The notes: a model not told the origin generated them from the sequence alone. Shown: positions 38,403-51,599, counted from the first letter of the stretch. The stretch is DNA of 64,000 nucleotides from Octopus sinensis (GCF_006345805.1 NC_042999.1:78926001-78990000); one strand, 5' to 3'. Made by a program: numbers and translations.

Positions 38403-38999
38403 CACATACAGGACGGACTTCTTTCAATTTCCGTGTACCAAATCAATCCACAAGGCTTTGGTCGGGCAGAGGCTATAGTAGGAAACACTTGCCAAGGGGT
38501 CATAATAGGATCTGAACTCATACTTTTAACTATAATTTTGTTTAACTTTTCATGCCAAGTGCGCCAGTTATATTTCGTTATATTTAATTTCTGTTGCGGT
38601 ACACAGAGCTAAAAAGAATTAAAACCCATTCCCATAAGCTAGGGTCATGCTGCTTAAGAACCCTGTCCATTTGGCCATCTGCCGTTCTCAAATAGATAAT
38701 CAAACAAAACTGTTAAAACTAACAAATAAATAGATATAAAATAACAGTATGATGGAAGGAAAGGCTGTTTTGGGTGAAAGGGTAAAACGAGAAATAGGAA
38801 CGAGGGGGACAAAATGTGAAAGATGACATTCCGAGACATTAAGAAGTAATAAAGCTAGAACTGTGTGTTTGTATAAAATGCAGATGTTAAACTATTTACA
38901 TTTTATTAATATATCAATCAGTACTTTGTTTGGGTGGAAAAAATGGGGGAAGCTTCGTGTGTCTTTTTATGCGTATGAGTGCGTGTTTCTGTTTGAACA

Positions 39000-39063
<64 letters not shown>

Positions 39064-40168
39064 TTCATACGTATAAAGAGCTTTTTTTATACAATAATAT
39101 ACATCGAATAGACATATATAAATGTCCGTACTGGGTCGTCTGTCCTCTCCTGGGTGCCATTTTACCAGATATAGTGTATATATGCTGGACACGGACACAT
39201 GCGCACACACACGCACACATACATGTACACACACACTCACACATTCTCACACACACACGCACAAACATAGGCACACAAAAAAAAACACGCATACTTTGAC
39301 AAATCAATAAACACATTGAGGCATGTATACACACTCACGCCACATAAACACACACACATTGTGATATCGTGCCGTGGGTGTTTATAATAGAACTATCACT
39401 ATCTGCTGTCAGAAAGGTTGTGTAAGGTCAGTCTGCTAGTATAGGGAGAGGTGTGTGTATGTATGCCGGTGTGTATATGTGTATGCATATATATTGGAAG
39501 TGTTGGGAGTGTATTTTGTTTATTTATCTCTATCATTTTCATCAACCGCAATTCCTCCCGTCATGCTCCACTCAGTGGTGTGTAACAGATGTATTTAATT
39601 GCGAGTTAAAGTTGAAGTCATGTTACTCTATGTGTGTATGTGAGTAAGCGTATGTACGTTTGTATCTATTTAATTGCTATCTATGAAGGTGTTTGCTTTC
39701 CAACGACAAGGTTACGGGTTCAGTCCCACTGCCTAGGTGGCACATTGGGCAAGTGCCTTCTACTGTAGTTTCGAGCTGACAAAAGCCTTGTGAGTGGATT
39801 TGGTAGATGGAAATATTAAAGAAGCTCGTTACCTCTCACACACACACACACACACACACACGATTTCCATCTACCAAATCCACTCACAATTTATATATAT
39901 GTAAATATTAGCTAAAAAGCAGCTCGATAGGGTGGATTTTAAGCTGACCCCTGTGGAGGGTTCTTCACATCAAGAAGCCATCTTCAATTGGTTTCATATC
40001 ATAAGAAATTTTTCTGATATCTGATGAGATGGGACCGGCCTACGCACCACGAAACTGTATGTCATATGAAGATGAACCAAACTGTTATTAAAAATATATA
40101 TAATCCCTAACAAATGTGTTGAGTGCCACTTTTTCACGTTTGATTATCCACTTGTGTTTATATATATA

Positions 40169-40350
40169 GTTGAAATTTATGCAAAAACAAAAGATAAAAC
40201 AGGTGTATGAACAACAAGCAAGTGAATTATTTTGACGCTCGGGTAAAATGAAAAAGTCTTTTACGTTTCGATCCTATGCTATTTAATAGAAAGGAATAAG
40301 AGGAATTTAACACAGAGGTAATGAAACAAGCGTGTAGAGTTCAGCGGTCC
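40169..40350 (-). mobile_element. Short PLE 3' tail, degenerate
   Basis: Element sense cttt-CTATTAA..GATCGAAACGTA-aaag; homologous to the 41797, 46050 and 59631 tails; 3' end abuts (TA)5. Confidence 0.6.
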
Positions 40351-40584
40351 AGCATGGCGGATATATGTATAATTTCAATTAAATTGGGAAATACTAGTAA
40401 TACGTTTGTGAGTTTTCCTTTTTTCAATTGTGCAAACGCAGTCAGACTTTTGCAAATAGATATTTAACGTTCCCTCCAACTTCACCTGAAATCATAATCA
40501 CATCTGTCGTTCAGGCTACTTAAATCAATAAGATAAACAACTATGTCTTCTGCTTGTTTGTGCCTTTGATATATTACTCTTTTA

Positions 40585-41000
40585 CTCTTTTACTTGTTTC
40601 AGTCATTTGACTGCGGCCATGCTGGAACACCGCCTCTAGTCGAGCAAATCGACCCCGGGACTTATTCTTTGTAAGCCCAGTACTTACTCTATCGGTCTCT
40701 TTTGCCGAACCGCTAAGTGACGGGGACGTAAACACGCCAGCATCGGTTGTCAAGCAATGCTAGGGGGACAAACACACGCACACAAACACACACACATACA
40801 CACACACACACAAATATATATATATATACATATATACGACAGGCTTCTTTCAGTTTCCGTCTACCAAATCCACTCACAAGGCATTGGTCGGCCCGGGGCT
40901 ACAGCAGAAGACACTTGCCCAAGATGCCACGCAGTGGGACTGAACCCGGAACCATGTGGTTGGTTAGCAAGTTACTTACCACACAGCCACTCCTGCGCCT
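40585..41000 (-). mobile_element. Full-length type-B SINE
   Basis: tRNA-like head, internal TA/TG microsatellite, tail cagcatggccgCAGTCAAATGACTGaaacaagtaaaagagtaaaagag. Confidence 0.85.
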
Positions 41001-41004
41001 ATAT

Positions 41005-41035
<31 letters not shown>

Positions 41036-41796
41036 GCACACATATATACATACATGCATATACACACACACACATATATATATATACTACATTCAGAAAT
41101 TCTGTCAGTGGGTGTGTTTGCAGAGTTGTTAGCTAACTCCCCCTACATCGTTTTATCGATTTTAATGAAACTTGACACGTAGGTAGAATTCATGTCTGGA
41201 AACCTCATCTCATACTAAGATTGTTGAAAAAAATTCGATAATAGTGCCCTTGGAAGGGATTCTTATATATATCTGATATATTTTATTTTAAAAGCCAAGG
41301 GAAATAACCAATTCTCCCTTGGAAGGGATCCTCGTATATAGCTAAGAGAAATAACCCATTCATTTTCCTAAATTATTTGGTGAAAATGAAACTGAGTATG
41401 CTTATTTCTTAGTATTTGAACTGTTATACTTATTTTCACAATTTATCCAGTACAACGCTTAAACAAGTAAAAAGTATTTTTCTAAACAATAGATCCACTT
41501 ATTTCGGTGAGTGACTTATTCACGAATATACCAGCACTAGCGCACCTGAGGGTAATATTCTCTTGGAATGCACAAAAGCCCTTTTCAGAGATATTTACTT
41601 TGAAGTGTTATTATCACATATCCGATTACCCTGTTATTACGTAACATGCTTCACGATTTTAGAATACATACCTTGTTAGTATATCCTCGTATGTTCTATA
41701 TACTCTGGGAATGCATTAACGAAACAATTATGAGAATAGAACCAAGGGATAAGCCCCACTTTCCCGGGAATTACCGGGAACGTCAGCTAGTATATA

Positions 41797-41959
41797 CTTC
41801 TGTGTTTTTTTTCTCTCTGTGTATCTTTCTATTGAAGAGCGTAGCTCGAAACGTTAAAGACTTGTTTTATTTATTTCCTCCTGAGCGCCATACTAATACA
41901 ATTGTTTTTGTTTTCCCACCTGCCTTCGTCTTTTGTCTATTTTCATAAAGCTTCCCATT
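41797..41959 (+). mobile_element. Short PLE 3' tail
   Basis: tcttt-CTATTGA-A-GAGC-gta-GCTC-GAAA-C-GTT-aaaga; strongly similar to 46830-46971; followed by a TA-rich tract. Confidence 0.7.
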
Positions 41960-41998
41960 ATAATATTATATATATATATAATATATATTATATATAAT

Positions 41999-42031
<33 letters not shown>

Positions 42032-42220
42032 TATTAGTGTGTGTGTTTTTTTGTGTGTTTGTGTGTTTTTGTACTTTAAAACAAACAGTCGTGGCATAGT
42101 GTTTGGAAGGTTTTTTTTATCAAAGTTTGAAGTTAAGTCAGTGTTGACAAATTGTCTAATTATTTCTTCCTTGATATCGCTTAGTATAAAAGCACATGTA
42201 TCACACACACACACACGCAC

Positions 42221-42251
<31 letters not shown>

Positions 42252-42788
42252 TACACATACGTATGCATATATATATGCATACGTATATATATATAAGGCC
42301 TGCTCGCTTAGCCAGCGGGGTGGCGTCATTCGAAGGCTAAAACAATGCGAACGCATTGTGACCAGCGATGTGTAACTACGTCTAATGGACTGGTCGGTCA
42401 CGTGATCACGTGATATATGTGTGTGTGTGTGTGTGTATGTGTATGTATATATAGGCGTGGCTGTGTGGTAAGAAGTTTGCTTCCCAACCATATGGTCCCG
42501 GTTTCAGTCCTACTGGCACCTTGGGCAAGTGTCTTCTTCTATAGCATCGAGCCGACCAAAGCCTCGTGAGTGTTTGTTTTCCCACCATCGCTTGACAACC
42601 GATGTTGGTGCGTTTTCGTCTCCGTAACGGTTCGGCAGAAGTGACCGTTAGAATAAGTACTAGGCTTACAAACAATAAGTCCTGAGATCGATTTGTTCGA
42701 CTAAAAAGCGCTGCACCAGCCATAGCCGCAGTCAAATAACTGAAACAAGGAAAGAAATAAAAGAGTATATATATACATATAATATATA

Positions 42789-42829
<41 letters not shown>

Positions 42830-42843
42830 ATATAATATATATA

Positions 42844-42886
<43 letters not shown>

Positions 42887-43127
42887 GCATATATATCGTC
42901 TGTGAAAAACATAAATCCGAAAGAAGAAGCACACTCTAAGATGAGGAAGGCCGATTAATGGGAATGCCTTAGATTTGCCTTTCATAAAGGGTCTAGCTTT
43001 ATGGTGATTCTCCGGTCCCGGTCCAAGACTCTTAAAAATATGGAGAAGGAAATCTATACAGGCACAAACACATATAGTCGTATTCATAAGTAAGCACACA
43101 CGCATGTAAATAGATAATATATATATA

Positions 43128-43171
<44 letters not shown>

Positions 43172-43386
43172 TTGTGTGTGTGTATGTATATATATATATG
43201 AATGCACTCACCTTCACTCACGCATGCACATACAAACACACATACACTCACACATACATGTATATATATATATATACATACATACATACATATATAGATA
43301 TTCATGTATATTTATTAATTTATTTATACGACGGGCTCAAAGACATATTTGTATTTATAAGTAAACACACATGTATGTAAATATAT

Positions 43387-43425
<39 letters not shown>

Positions 43426-44029
43426 TGTATGTATATGTTTATATATATATATGTGTATGTATATATAATATATATATATATATATATACACATATATATG
43501 AATGCACTCTCATTCACTCACGCGTGCACCCACACACACACATGTATATAGAGAGTGATGTATTCATAAATGCAGTAATAAAAACGTGCTTATATATCTA
43601 ATATATGCGTGCGCGGGTAGTTTATACATATATATATATATATATATGCGTGTGTATGTATGCAATTATTAACATACATGTACATACACACAACCATCCA
43701 TCCATCCATATATATATATATTATATATATATATATATATAAACAGTTCCTAATGGAATACAAGACGTGATATTCTAGAACAATGACCGATTCCTCACGT
43801 ATCTTAATGCCAGCCATTTGTGTGGTCTCGCAGGTGGCATTTAAATAAATATTAGTCAAATGAAGACCTACGTGGTCATTTTGTCATATATTATACGAAG
43901 ATTATTAACTATTACCACTAAACGCTCTCTTCCATCTGCTTTAACTCACATAGGTGTACACGTGCGCACATATATAGATAAAAACGAACGTTCAATGTTT
44001 ATGTATAGGCGTGTTTATATTGCCTACGT

Positions 44030-44340
44030 GAGGGTGCGTAGCTTAGTGGTTAGGGTATTCGACTCCCGATCGTAAGTCATGGGTTCCGTTTCCTGTAGCT
44101 AGTCACTTTATTTCACGTTGCTCGAGTCCACTCAGATGTCAAAAATGAGTTGTGCATATATTTCAAATGTCCAGCCTTGTCACATTATGCGTCGCGCTAA
44201 ATCTCCCTGAGTATTATGTTAAGGGTACGCGTGTTCGTGGAGTGCTCAGCCACTTGTACATTAATTTCATAAGCAAGATGTTCCGTTTATCGGATCAACT
44301 GGAACCCTCCTCGTCGTAACCGATGGAGAGCCAGTCCTTT
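44030..44340 (+). mobile_element. SINE with type-A core and tail X
   Basis: gcttagtggttagggtattcgac head, cactttatttcacgttgctc core, tail ...atcggatcaactggaaccctcctcgtcgtaaccgatggag shared with 46990-47170. Confidence 0.7.
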
Positions 44341-44472
44341 TCTTTATGTTGCTATCAGTATACAGGGCCAGATAGTGCAACATGTTGAGTTTCAAGGAAC
44401 CTTAGCTCTTCACTATTCTCCCCAAGAGACCTACATGGGGTGGGTGTAGGTATTTCAAAGAAAAACTGGCTC

Positions 44473-44650
44473 TCCTCTTGTCAAGAGTTCCGGATGAACC
44501 TACCTTTCGACATGAAACTCAGATGAGGGCAGCAACATCAAACTCGCTCATTAACCAAAACCATATTTCAAGTAGGGAAAATGTAGCAAAGCTAACGGTG
44601 GTGTCACAGCATGGCCGCATCTTTCGAGCTGAAACTAGTAAATTAAAAAT
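44473..44650 (+). mobile_element. 3' end of CR1/L2-type LINE
   Basis: VPDEPT..ETQMRAATSNSL and tail cagcatggccgc...gagctgaaactagt, homologous to 48526-48720. Confidence 0.75.
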
Positions 44651-44654
44651 TCAT

Positions 44655-45093
44655 TGCGACTGCTATGTCGACCACCTTTCGCCCTACGTACACACACTTA
44701 CACACAGACGCACGCACTAACATATACATATTTTTTTTATCTCGCCTTACACACACATACACACACGCACACGTACACACTCACACATACACATTATTCT
44801 TCCCAATCATCGAGTTGTTACCAACCTTCTTTTTTCCGCTCTCCTGTCTTTAAAAACCTGCCCCTGTTGTCCAAAACTTCCGGCCTTTCAGCATGTTTAC
44901 TTCGTAAAAACCAGTCGCGTTTTTTTCCCTCCGTTCGCCCGCCTCGGGATCTTTCTTTCTCTTATGTTTCCGACGAAGAGCTCCGCTCGAAACGTCATAC
45001 CCTCCTTCTTCCCTTTTCCTGAGTGCCTAATAATAATACTTTAATGTTCCACCTCCTTGGTGTTGTTTTTTCTGTTTTCTCGTTGGATTAACC
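44655..45093 (+). mobile_element. 5'-truncated tail of a PLE related to 7504-14959
   Basis: Colinear with the reverse complement of 7504-7960 (roughly 80% by eye); identical hammerhead-like motif at 44966-45000; followed by (TA)n. Confidence 0.85.
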
Positions 45094-45126
45094 TTATATG
45101 TATATATATATATATATAATATATAT

Positions 45127-45176
<50 letters not shown>

Positions 45177-45214
45177 ATGTAATAGTATATATATGTATAC
45201 TTATATACAAGATC

Positions 45215-46040
45215 CCCACCGTGATCTTTCTTATTTTCTCAGTCTGGAGTGTTTCACCTCACCACTTCAGTACATGCCTTTGTCCCAGATGTTGGCCCAT
45301 TTTATGTATAAGTGAGTTTGGTTCTGCTTCCTTCGGTTGCACTTCGTGTGGGATTGTTGGTTCATCCGGTATTAAGGAGAAGAGGATGTCTAGTTCCATT
45401 TTAAAGACATCTACTTCCACCTTATGCAGATTACTCAATTTTTGTGGCAGGGCATTGAATAGCTGTGGGCCATTGAACCCTAGACTATTGCAGTACCTGG
45501 ACCTGAATTTTGAAGAAGTGGATGGTACCCTTGGTACAATCCAATGGCGGCCAGTTCTAGTATTTATATAACACTCAATGCCGAAAATTAGGTACTAGCC
45601 ATTCTGCAGTTTTCCTTGTGCAGATTATTGCATATCTGTCGCGCATTCACTCCGGGTAGCAGAGTTGCAGTTTTCTCAGCCTATTTCTGTAACTCTGCGC
45701 TTCAAGCTCCGCTGTTAGCTTGGTACTATGTGGTGACTATAACTGGGAACAATAGTCCAGGAAGCCGAGGACAAAGGTTCTCTACTGGGCCAACATAGTT
45801 TCTTGGTCCCTTGTCTTCAAGGGCCTCAGCACCCAACCTGCTGGTATTCTGCACTTTGCTGCCATCTTAGTAATGTTCATATAAAATAATGCGTCATTGC
45901 ACATACTGATCCCCAAGTCTTTCACTGCCTTTGATTCTGGGATTGAAGTGACTTCGGGTCCTCTATACGCAGGCTGTACTGTATTAGTGAGTTGATAGTG
46001 CAGTGCCTCAAATTTTCTAGCATTAAACTGCATGTTGTTT
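45215..46040 (-). mobile_element. CR1/L2-type LINE ORF2 3' fragment, degenerate
   Basis: NNMQFNARKFEALHY..VKDLGISM..KMAAKCRIPAGWVLR and RSRYCNSLGFNGPQLFNALP, homologous to 48526-50012. Confidence 0.8.
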
Positions 46041-46049
46041 ATATATATA

Positions 46050-46971
46050 ATCTTCTCTCTTCGCTCTTTCACGCCATTTGGTCTCAACTCTCCCCCCTTT
46101 TCATCTACCCCCCGACTCCTACTTCTCTTCATCCTTCCTCTTTCACTCCCCTACTCTCTTTCCCTCCTTCCTCTTTCCTCTTCTTCTTTCTTCTTTCTTC
46201 TTTCTTCTTCTTTCTTCTTCCCCCTCTCTCTTTCTTTCTGCTCCCTCACTCCCTTCCTCTTCCCCTCCTCCTCCTCTCCCTCTCCCCTCCTTTCCCCTAA
46301 TCTTCCTCTCCCTCTCCCCTCGTCTCCTTCTCCCCTCCCTTCTCCTCCCCTTATTCTTCCCTTCTCCTCCCCTTCCTCTTTCTTCTCCTCCTCTCTTTCT
46401 TTCTCCTCCCCTCCTCCTTCTCTTCTTCTCCTCCTCTCCTTCCTTCTCCTCTCTCTCGTCCTCCTCCCCTCTTCCCCTAATCTCCCCTCTCCCTTCCACC
46501 CCCTCATCTCATATCCCCTCCCACTCTCCCCCACACCACACTACACTACACCATACGACGTTACACATCACATCATACATACATACACACGTCCAAACCA
46601 CCAGCCCTCTTCCACATGCACATACATACTCTCTTATGCACACACGCACCTTCAGGTTGGAGCGAGGTCACTTGACCCTGTTATCTCCCCTACTATCCCT
46701 CTAGTGTCTAACGTCTGACCTCTAACGTTTGACCTCCGATCTCTGACTTCTGAAATCAGAACGCCATGTTGAATCGTTAGCCCATACACGCAATTTTTTT
46801 CTCTCCTTGTTTCTCTCCTTGTTTCTTTTCTGTGTATCTTTCTGTCGAAAAGCGTAGGGTCGAAACGTAAAAGACTTGTTTTATTTCTATTCCTGAGCGC
46901 CATACTAATACATTATTTATTTGTACTCCACCTGCCTTCGTCTTTTGTTTATTTTCATAAATCTTCCCGTT
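46050..46971 (+). mobile_element. 5'-truncated PLE: last codons of GIY-YIG ORF, CT-rich 3' UTR array, hammerhead-like tail
   Basis: Starts after (TA)n with IFSLRSFTPFGLNSPPFS (compare IFTLQT..PHGLN in the 7.5-15 kb PLE); CT/CTT array ~46130-46520; motif tcttt-CTGTCGA..GTCGAAACGTA-aaaga at 46837-46874; ends in (TA)n. Confidence 0.7.
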
Positions 46972-46989
46972 ATATATATATATATATAA

Positions 46990-47355
46990 GGAAGCACTCC
47001 GTCGGCTACGACGACGAGGGTTCCGGTTGATCCGAATCAACGGAACAGCCTGCTCGTGAAATTAACGTGTAAGTGGCTGAGCATTCCACAGACACGTGTA
47101 CCCATAACGTAGTTCTCGGGGATATTCAGCGTGACACAGAGAGTGACAAAGCCGGCCCCTTGAAATACAGGTACAATAGAAACAGGAAGTAAGAGTGAGA
47201 GAAAGTTGTGGTGAAAGAGTACAGCAGGGATCACCACCATCCCCTGCCGGAGCCTCGTGGAGCTTTAGGTGTTTTCGCTCAATAAACACTCACAACGCCC
47301 GGTCTGGGAATCGAAACCGCGAGTCCGCTGCTCTAACCACTGGGCCATTGCACCT

Positions 47356-47358
<3 letters not shown>
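46990..47358 (-). mobile_element. SINE with type-D core and tail X, between TA tracts
   Basis: Head/core as at 18219, tail as at 44150-44340. Confidence 0.8.
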
Positions 47359-47413
<55 letters not shown>

Positions 47414-47431
47414 CTTATGTGTGTGTTTGTG

Positions 47432-47470
<39 letters not shown>

Positions 47471-48099
47471 ATACGTATATACAAGCGTGTATGGATATGT
47501 GTGTCTGTGCGTCTGTGTATACATATAAAGAAATATATGTGCATTCCCTCAAGAAATATTGAGAATACTTAAACATACTTGATTGCATGGATCGTTCATC
47601 TAATTTCTGTTTTTGTTTAGCCTAAGCAAATAAAAATACACGAAACAAAACAAAGGTAAAGAAGACAGTAAATATAAAACACATTCTAAAAAACTTACCC
47701 CCCAACAAGAATAAATATGAGATGACTATAAATTTACTTATTTACAAAACAATGAGAACAAACCACTAAATATGATGAACGAAATATTAATTGTAAATTG
47801 TTAAGTAAATGCAAAGTAAATTATATACTTTTCTCGGAAAGATAAAGTAAAACCAATCAAGGAAACAACAAATTATCGATTCAGTTCAAAATTCATAATA
47901 GTATACAAGATTATTAGAAAACAACATTTCTTGGAATAGTAATTTACTCAAGATATATTTCTGATGAATTTTCTTTTATTTTCTTCTCTTTTTCGTTTTC
48001 TACATTGATATGTTTGTCTTTCTCTCGATCAATGTGTATACACACATACAAATCAAAAACACAAACACTCACACACACACGCGCGCGCACACACACATA

Positions 48100-48420
48100 T
48101 TTATATATATAAAACTGAGAATGTCTGTCTGTGCGTCTGTATGCTTGCGTCCCTAAAACTCGAGCACTACCCAACCGATTTCATTCAAATTTTTGCATGC
48201 TACACTTAGGGTCAATGCAGTGTCGTGGGCCAAACAAATTTCATCTCCTTCTTAATGCGATTCTGGAACAATGTCTTATCTCATATACTATTTCAATATT
48301 ACGTACCAAAAGTGAAACAATAGCATCACTATTTTAATGTGAGATAATACTTTCAGTTTTAATACTTTCACTGTCCATAATAAAACTATTAAATGTGAAA
48401 CTATTATCTCGCCAACATAT
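48100..48420 (+). mobile_element. Possible non-autonomous Helitron/Helentron-like fragment
   Basis: tatataaaactgagaatgtctgtctgt...accgatttcattcaaattt resembles the 5' ends of such elements; no 3' hairpin/CTAG seen. Confidence 0.3.
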
Positions 48421-48525
48421 ATACATGCATATGTATGCATGTATGTATGTATGTATGTATGTATGTATGTATGTATGTATGTATGTATGTATGTATACAT
48501 GTATATATGTATGTTTATGTTTATG

Positions 48526-50012
48526 TTTTCCAGTTTCAGCTCTTGAGCTGTGGCCATGCTGGGGCACCGCCATTTGGTGTTGCTACATGATTTTACCTCA
48601 CGAATGCCTTTTAGCAACTGGTGCATGAGAGAGTTCGATGCAGCTGCCCTCATCTGCACCTCCTGCCGTGAAGTTGGTTCATCCTGGACACCTGACAGGA
48701 AGAGATCCAGTCCTACTTTAAAGACATCCGCATCCACCCCATGCAGGTCCCTCAGGTTCTTCGGGAGGATATTGAAGAGCTGTGCGCCTCTGAAGCCCAG
48801 GCTATCACAGTATCTTGTCCTACATCTTGATGGCAAATTTGGAGTCCTTGGCACCACGCAGTGGCGCCCAGTTCTGGCATTTGTGTAACTTTCGATGCCA
48901 AAGTTTGGGACAATTCCTTCCAGGATCTTCCAGATGTATATTATGGCATATCTTTCTCGCCTACGCTCCAAGGAATAGAGTCTTAATCTCTTGAGTCTTT
49001 CCCAGTATCTTATATGCTGCACAGAGGCTATCTTCTTCGTGTAGCTTCGTTGGATCGCCTCAAGTTCTGTGATCAGCTTGACACTGGATGGTGACCATAG
49101 CTGAGAGCAATAGTCAAAGTGGCTTAGGACAAGTGTCTTCCAGAGGACCATCATGGTTTCTTGTTCTCTTGTTCTAAAGGTTCTAAGAATCCATCCTGCC
49201 AGCCGTTTACATTTCATTGCCAGTTTAGCAACATGTACATGAAAGGTTGCGTCATCGCTCATGTAAATACCCAGGTCACGCACTGATTGTGCCTCTGGGA
49301 TTGCGATCCCTCCGGGTCCAGTGTATTCATTGGGTATTGCATTCAGTTTTGCATGCTGATAGCATAAAGCTTGAAAATGTTCAGCATTGAACTGCATGCT
49401 ATTCTTTTCAGCCCACTTGTATATTTTGTCCAGCTCACATTGCAGGTGCTTAGTGTCTTCAGGGTTCTGTATTGCCTGTGAAACTTTTGTATCATCTGCA
49501 TAACTTGTGATCGTGGCTCTCTGCGTGGCTGAGGGCATGTCTGAGAGGGCCATTATGAACAGTAGTGGTCCCAAAACAGTGCCTTACGGAACACCGCTCA
49601 CTATTTGTGTGTTAATGGAAGTGGCCCCATTGGCTACTACCACCTGACTTCTATCCTTCAGAAAGTCATGAAGCCATTCTCCCAATTTTCCAACTATGCT
49701 AAGATCACGCAGTTTGTGACATATCATTCCATGATCGACTTTATCAAAGGCCTTTGCAAAGTCGAGATATATCACTTCCACATTTGAGTGGTTGAGCAGT
49801 CGTTTCAGCACCCAATCATTGTGTTGTAGGAGCTGAGTTAATCAGCTTCTTCCTGGTCGGAAACCATGTTGGGTGTCGGGCAGCAAGTCATTTTCTTCAA
49901 GGAAGGTGATTAGTTTCCTTCTGACTATTCGTTCCATGACCTTGCTGATGTGAGAGGTCAGAGAGATAGGTCTGTAGTTCTTGGCCTACGCTCTGCTACC
50001 TCCTTTATGTCC
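48526..50012 (-). mobile_element. CR1/L2-type LINE, 5'-truncated ORF2 (RT domain to 3' tail)
   Basis: [73 protein letters not shown]; three in-frame stops (TAG, TGA, TAA); 3' tail leads into (AAACAT)/(TACA)n. Confidence 0.92.
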
Positions 50013-50030
50013 GTATGTATATATATATTA

Positions 50031-50064
<34 letters not shown>

Positions 50065-51015
50065 CATATATATATGTACATATATATATATATGAATACA
50101 CATTATGTATATATATGCATGTCTATATGTCCATATACATCTGCACATATATTTGTATGTATATATGTATATATATATATAAATGTATATGTATAGATGT
50201 ATATGTATATATATGTGTATATATATATGTATATATATGTATATATACATATATGTATGCATGTATATATGTATATATATATATATATATGCATATACAT
50301 ATATGTATATATATATATGCATATATATATATGTATATATAGATATATATGTATAGACGTATATGTATATAGATTTATATGTATAATTATGTACATATGT
50401 GTGTAAATATATGTGTATATATATATTGATGTATATATATATATGTGTGTGTGTGTGTAAATATATATGTACGTATATATATGTATATATATATATATAA
50501 ATGTATATTTATATATGTATTTTATTGGTGTATATGCATATTTATGTGTATATATGTATACGTACTTATATATATAAATATGTACATATATATGTATATA
50601 TATATGTATTTATATATATATGTATAAATGCGTATATAAATATATATGCATATTTATATGTATATATACATATATATACGTATACATACATATATATATG
50701 TATAAATATATACATATATATGTATATATACATTATATATATGTGTATATATACATATATATATGTGCATATATGCATATGTTTATATGTATATATGCAT
50801 ATGTGTATATCTATACACACATATATATGTATATATACATACACATGTATATATACATATATGTATTGTGTATAGATATACACATATGCATATATGCATA
50901 TAAACATATGCATATATGCACATATATATATGTATATATATACATATATATAATGTATATATACATGTACATATATAAGCATGTATATATATAGGTACAT
51001 GTATATATATATATT
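50013..51015. repeat. ~1 kb degenerate (TA)n/(TATG)n/(TACA)n array
   Basis: Direct inspection. Similar arrays at 36490-37190, 42770-43740, 59950-60240 and 60880-63240. Confidence 0.92.
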
Positions 51016-51023
51016 TTTATTTA

Positions 51024-51054
<31 letters not shown>

Positions 51055-51061
51055 TTTTTAT

Positions 51062-51599
51062 TTATCTAGTTTCAGTTCACGAGCTGTGGCCATGCTGGGG
51101 CACCGCCATTTGGTGTTGCTACATGATTTTACTTCACGAATGCTTTTTAGCAATTGCCATTTGGTGTATGAGAGAGTTCGATGCAGCTGGACTCATCTGC
51201 ACCTCCTGCCGTGAAGTTGGTTCATCTGGGACACCTGACAAGAAGAGATCCAGTTTTATTTTAAAGACATCTGCATCCACCCCATGCAGGTCTCTCAGGT
51301 TCTTCGGGAGGATATTGAAGGGCTGTGCGCCTCTGAAGCCCAGGCTATCGCAGTGTCTTGTCCTACATCTTGATGGCAAATGTGGAGCCCTTGGCATTAT
51401 GCAGCGGCACCCAGTTCTGACATTTGTGTACCTCTCGATGCCAAAGTTTGGGACAGGTCCTTTTAGGATCTTCCAGATGTATATTATGGCATATCTTTCT
51501 CGCCTACGCTCTAAGGAATAGAGTCTTAATCTCTTTAGTCTTTCCTAGTAGCTTATATCAGCACAGAGGCTATCTTCTTCGTGTAGCTTCGTTGGATCG
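51062..51599 (-). mobile_element. CR1/L2-type LINE 3' fragment (~540 bp)
   Basis: Colinear with 48526-49060 (high similarity by eye); CRTRHCDSLGFRGAQPFNILPKNLRDLHGVD. Confidence 0.9.

Noticed and set aside
46032-46718. Ser/Pro/Leu-rich and Glu/Arg-rich ORFs (also 28099-28584, 55665-55969)
   Set aside because: CT/AG simple repeats; only the ~18 codons at 46050 carry a real signal (PLE C-terminus).
48288-49574. 428-aa ORF as a host gene
   Set aside because: It is the RT-to-C-terminal part of a CR1/L2-type LINE ORF2 reading on into its tail and microsatellite.
49835-49850. In-frame TGA at the Cys position of GRSCLTQLL as possible selenocysteine
   Set aside because: The same copy also has TAG and TAA stops, it is one substitution from TGY, and I saw no SECIS. 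Ordinary decay is the simpler explanation.
49950-51000. Ile/Tyr-rich ORFs here and at 6849-7177, 36457-37206, 42701-43601 and 59891-63187
   Set aside because: Translations of (TA)n-derived arrays.
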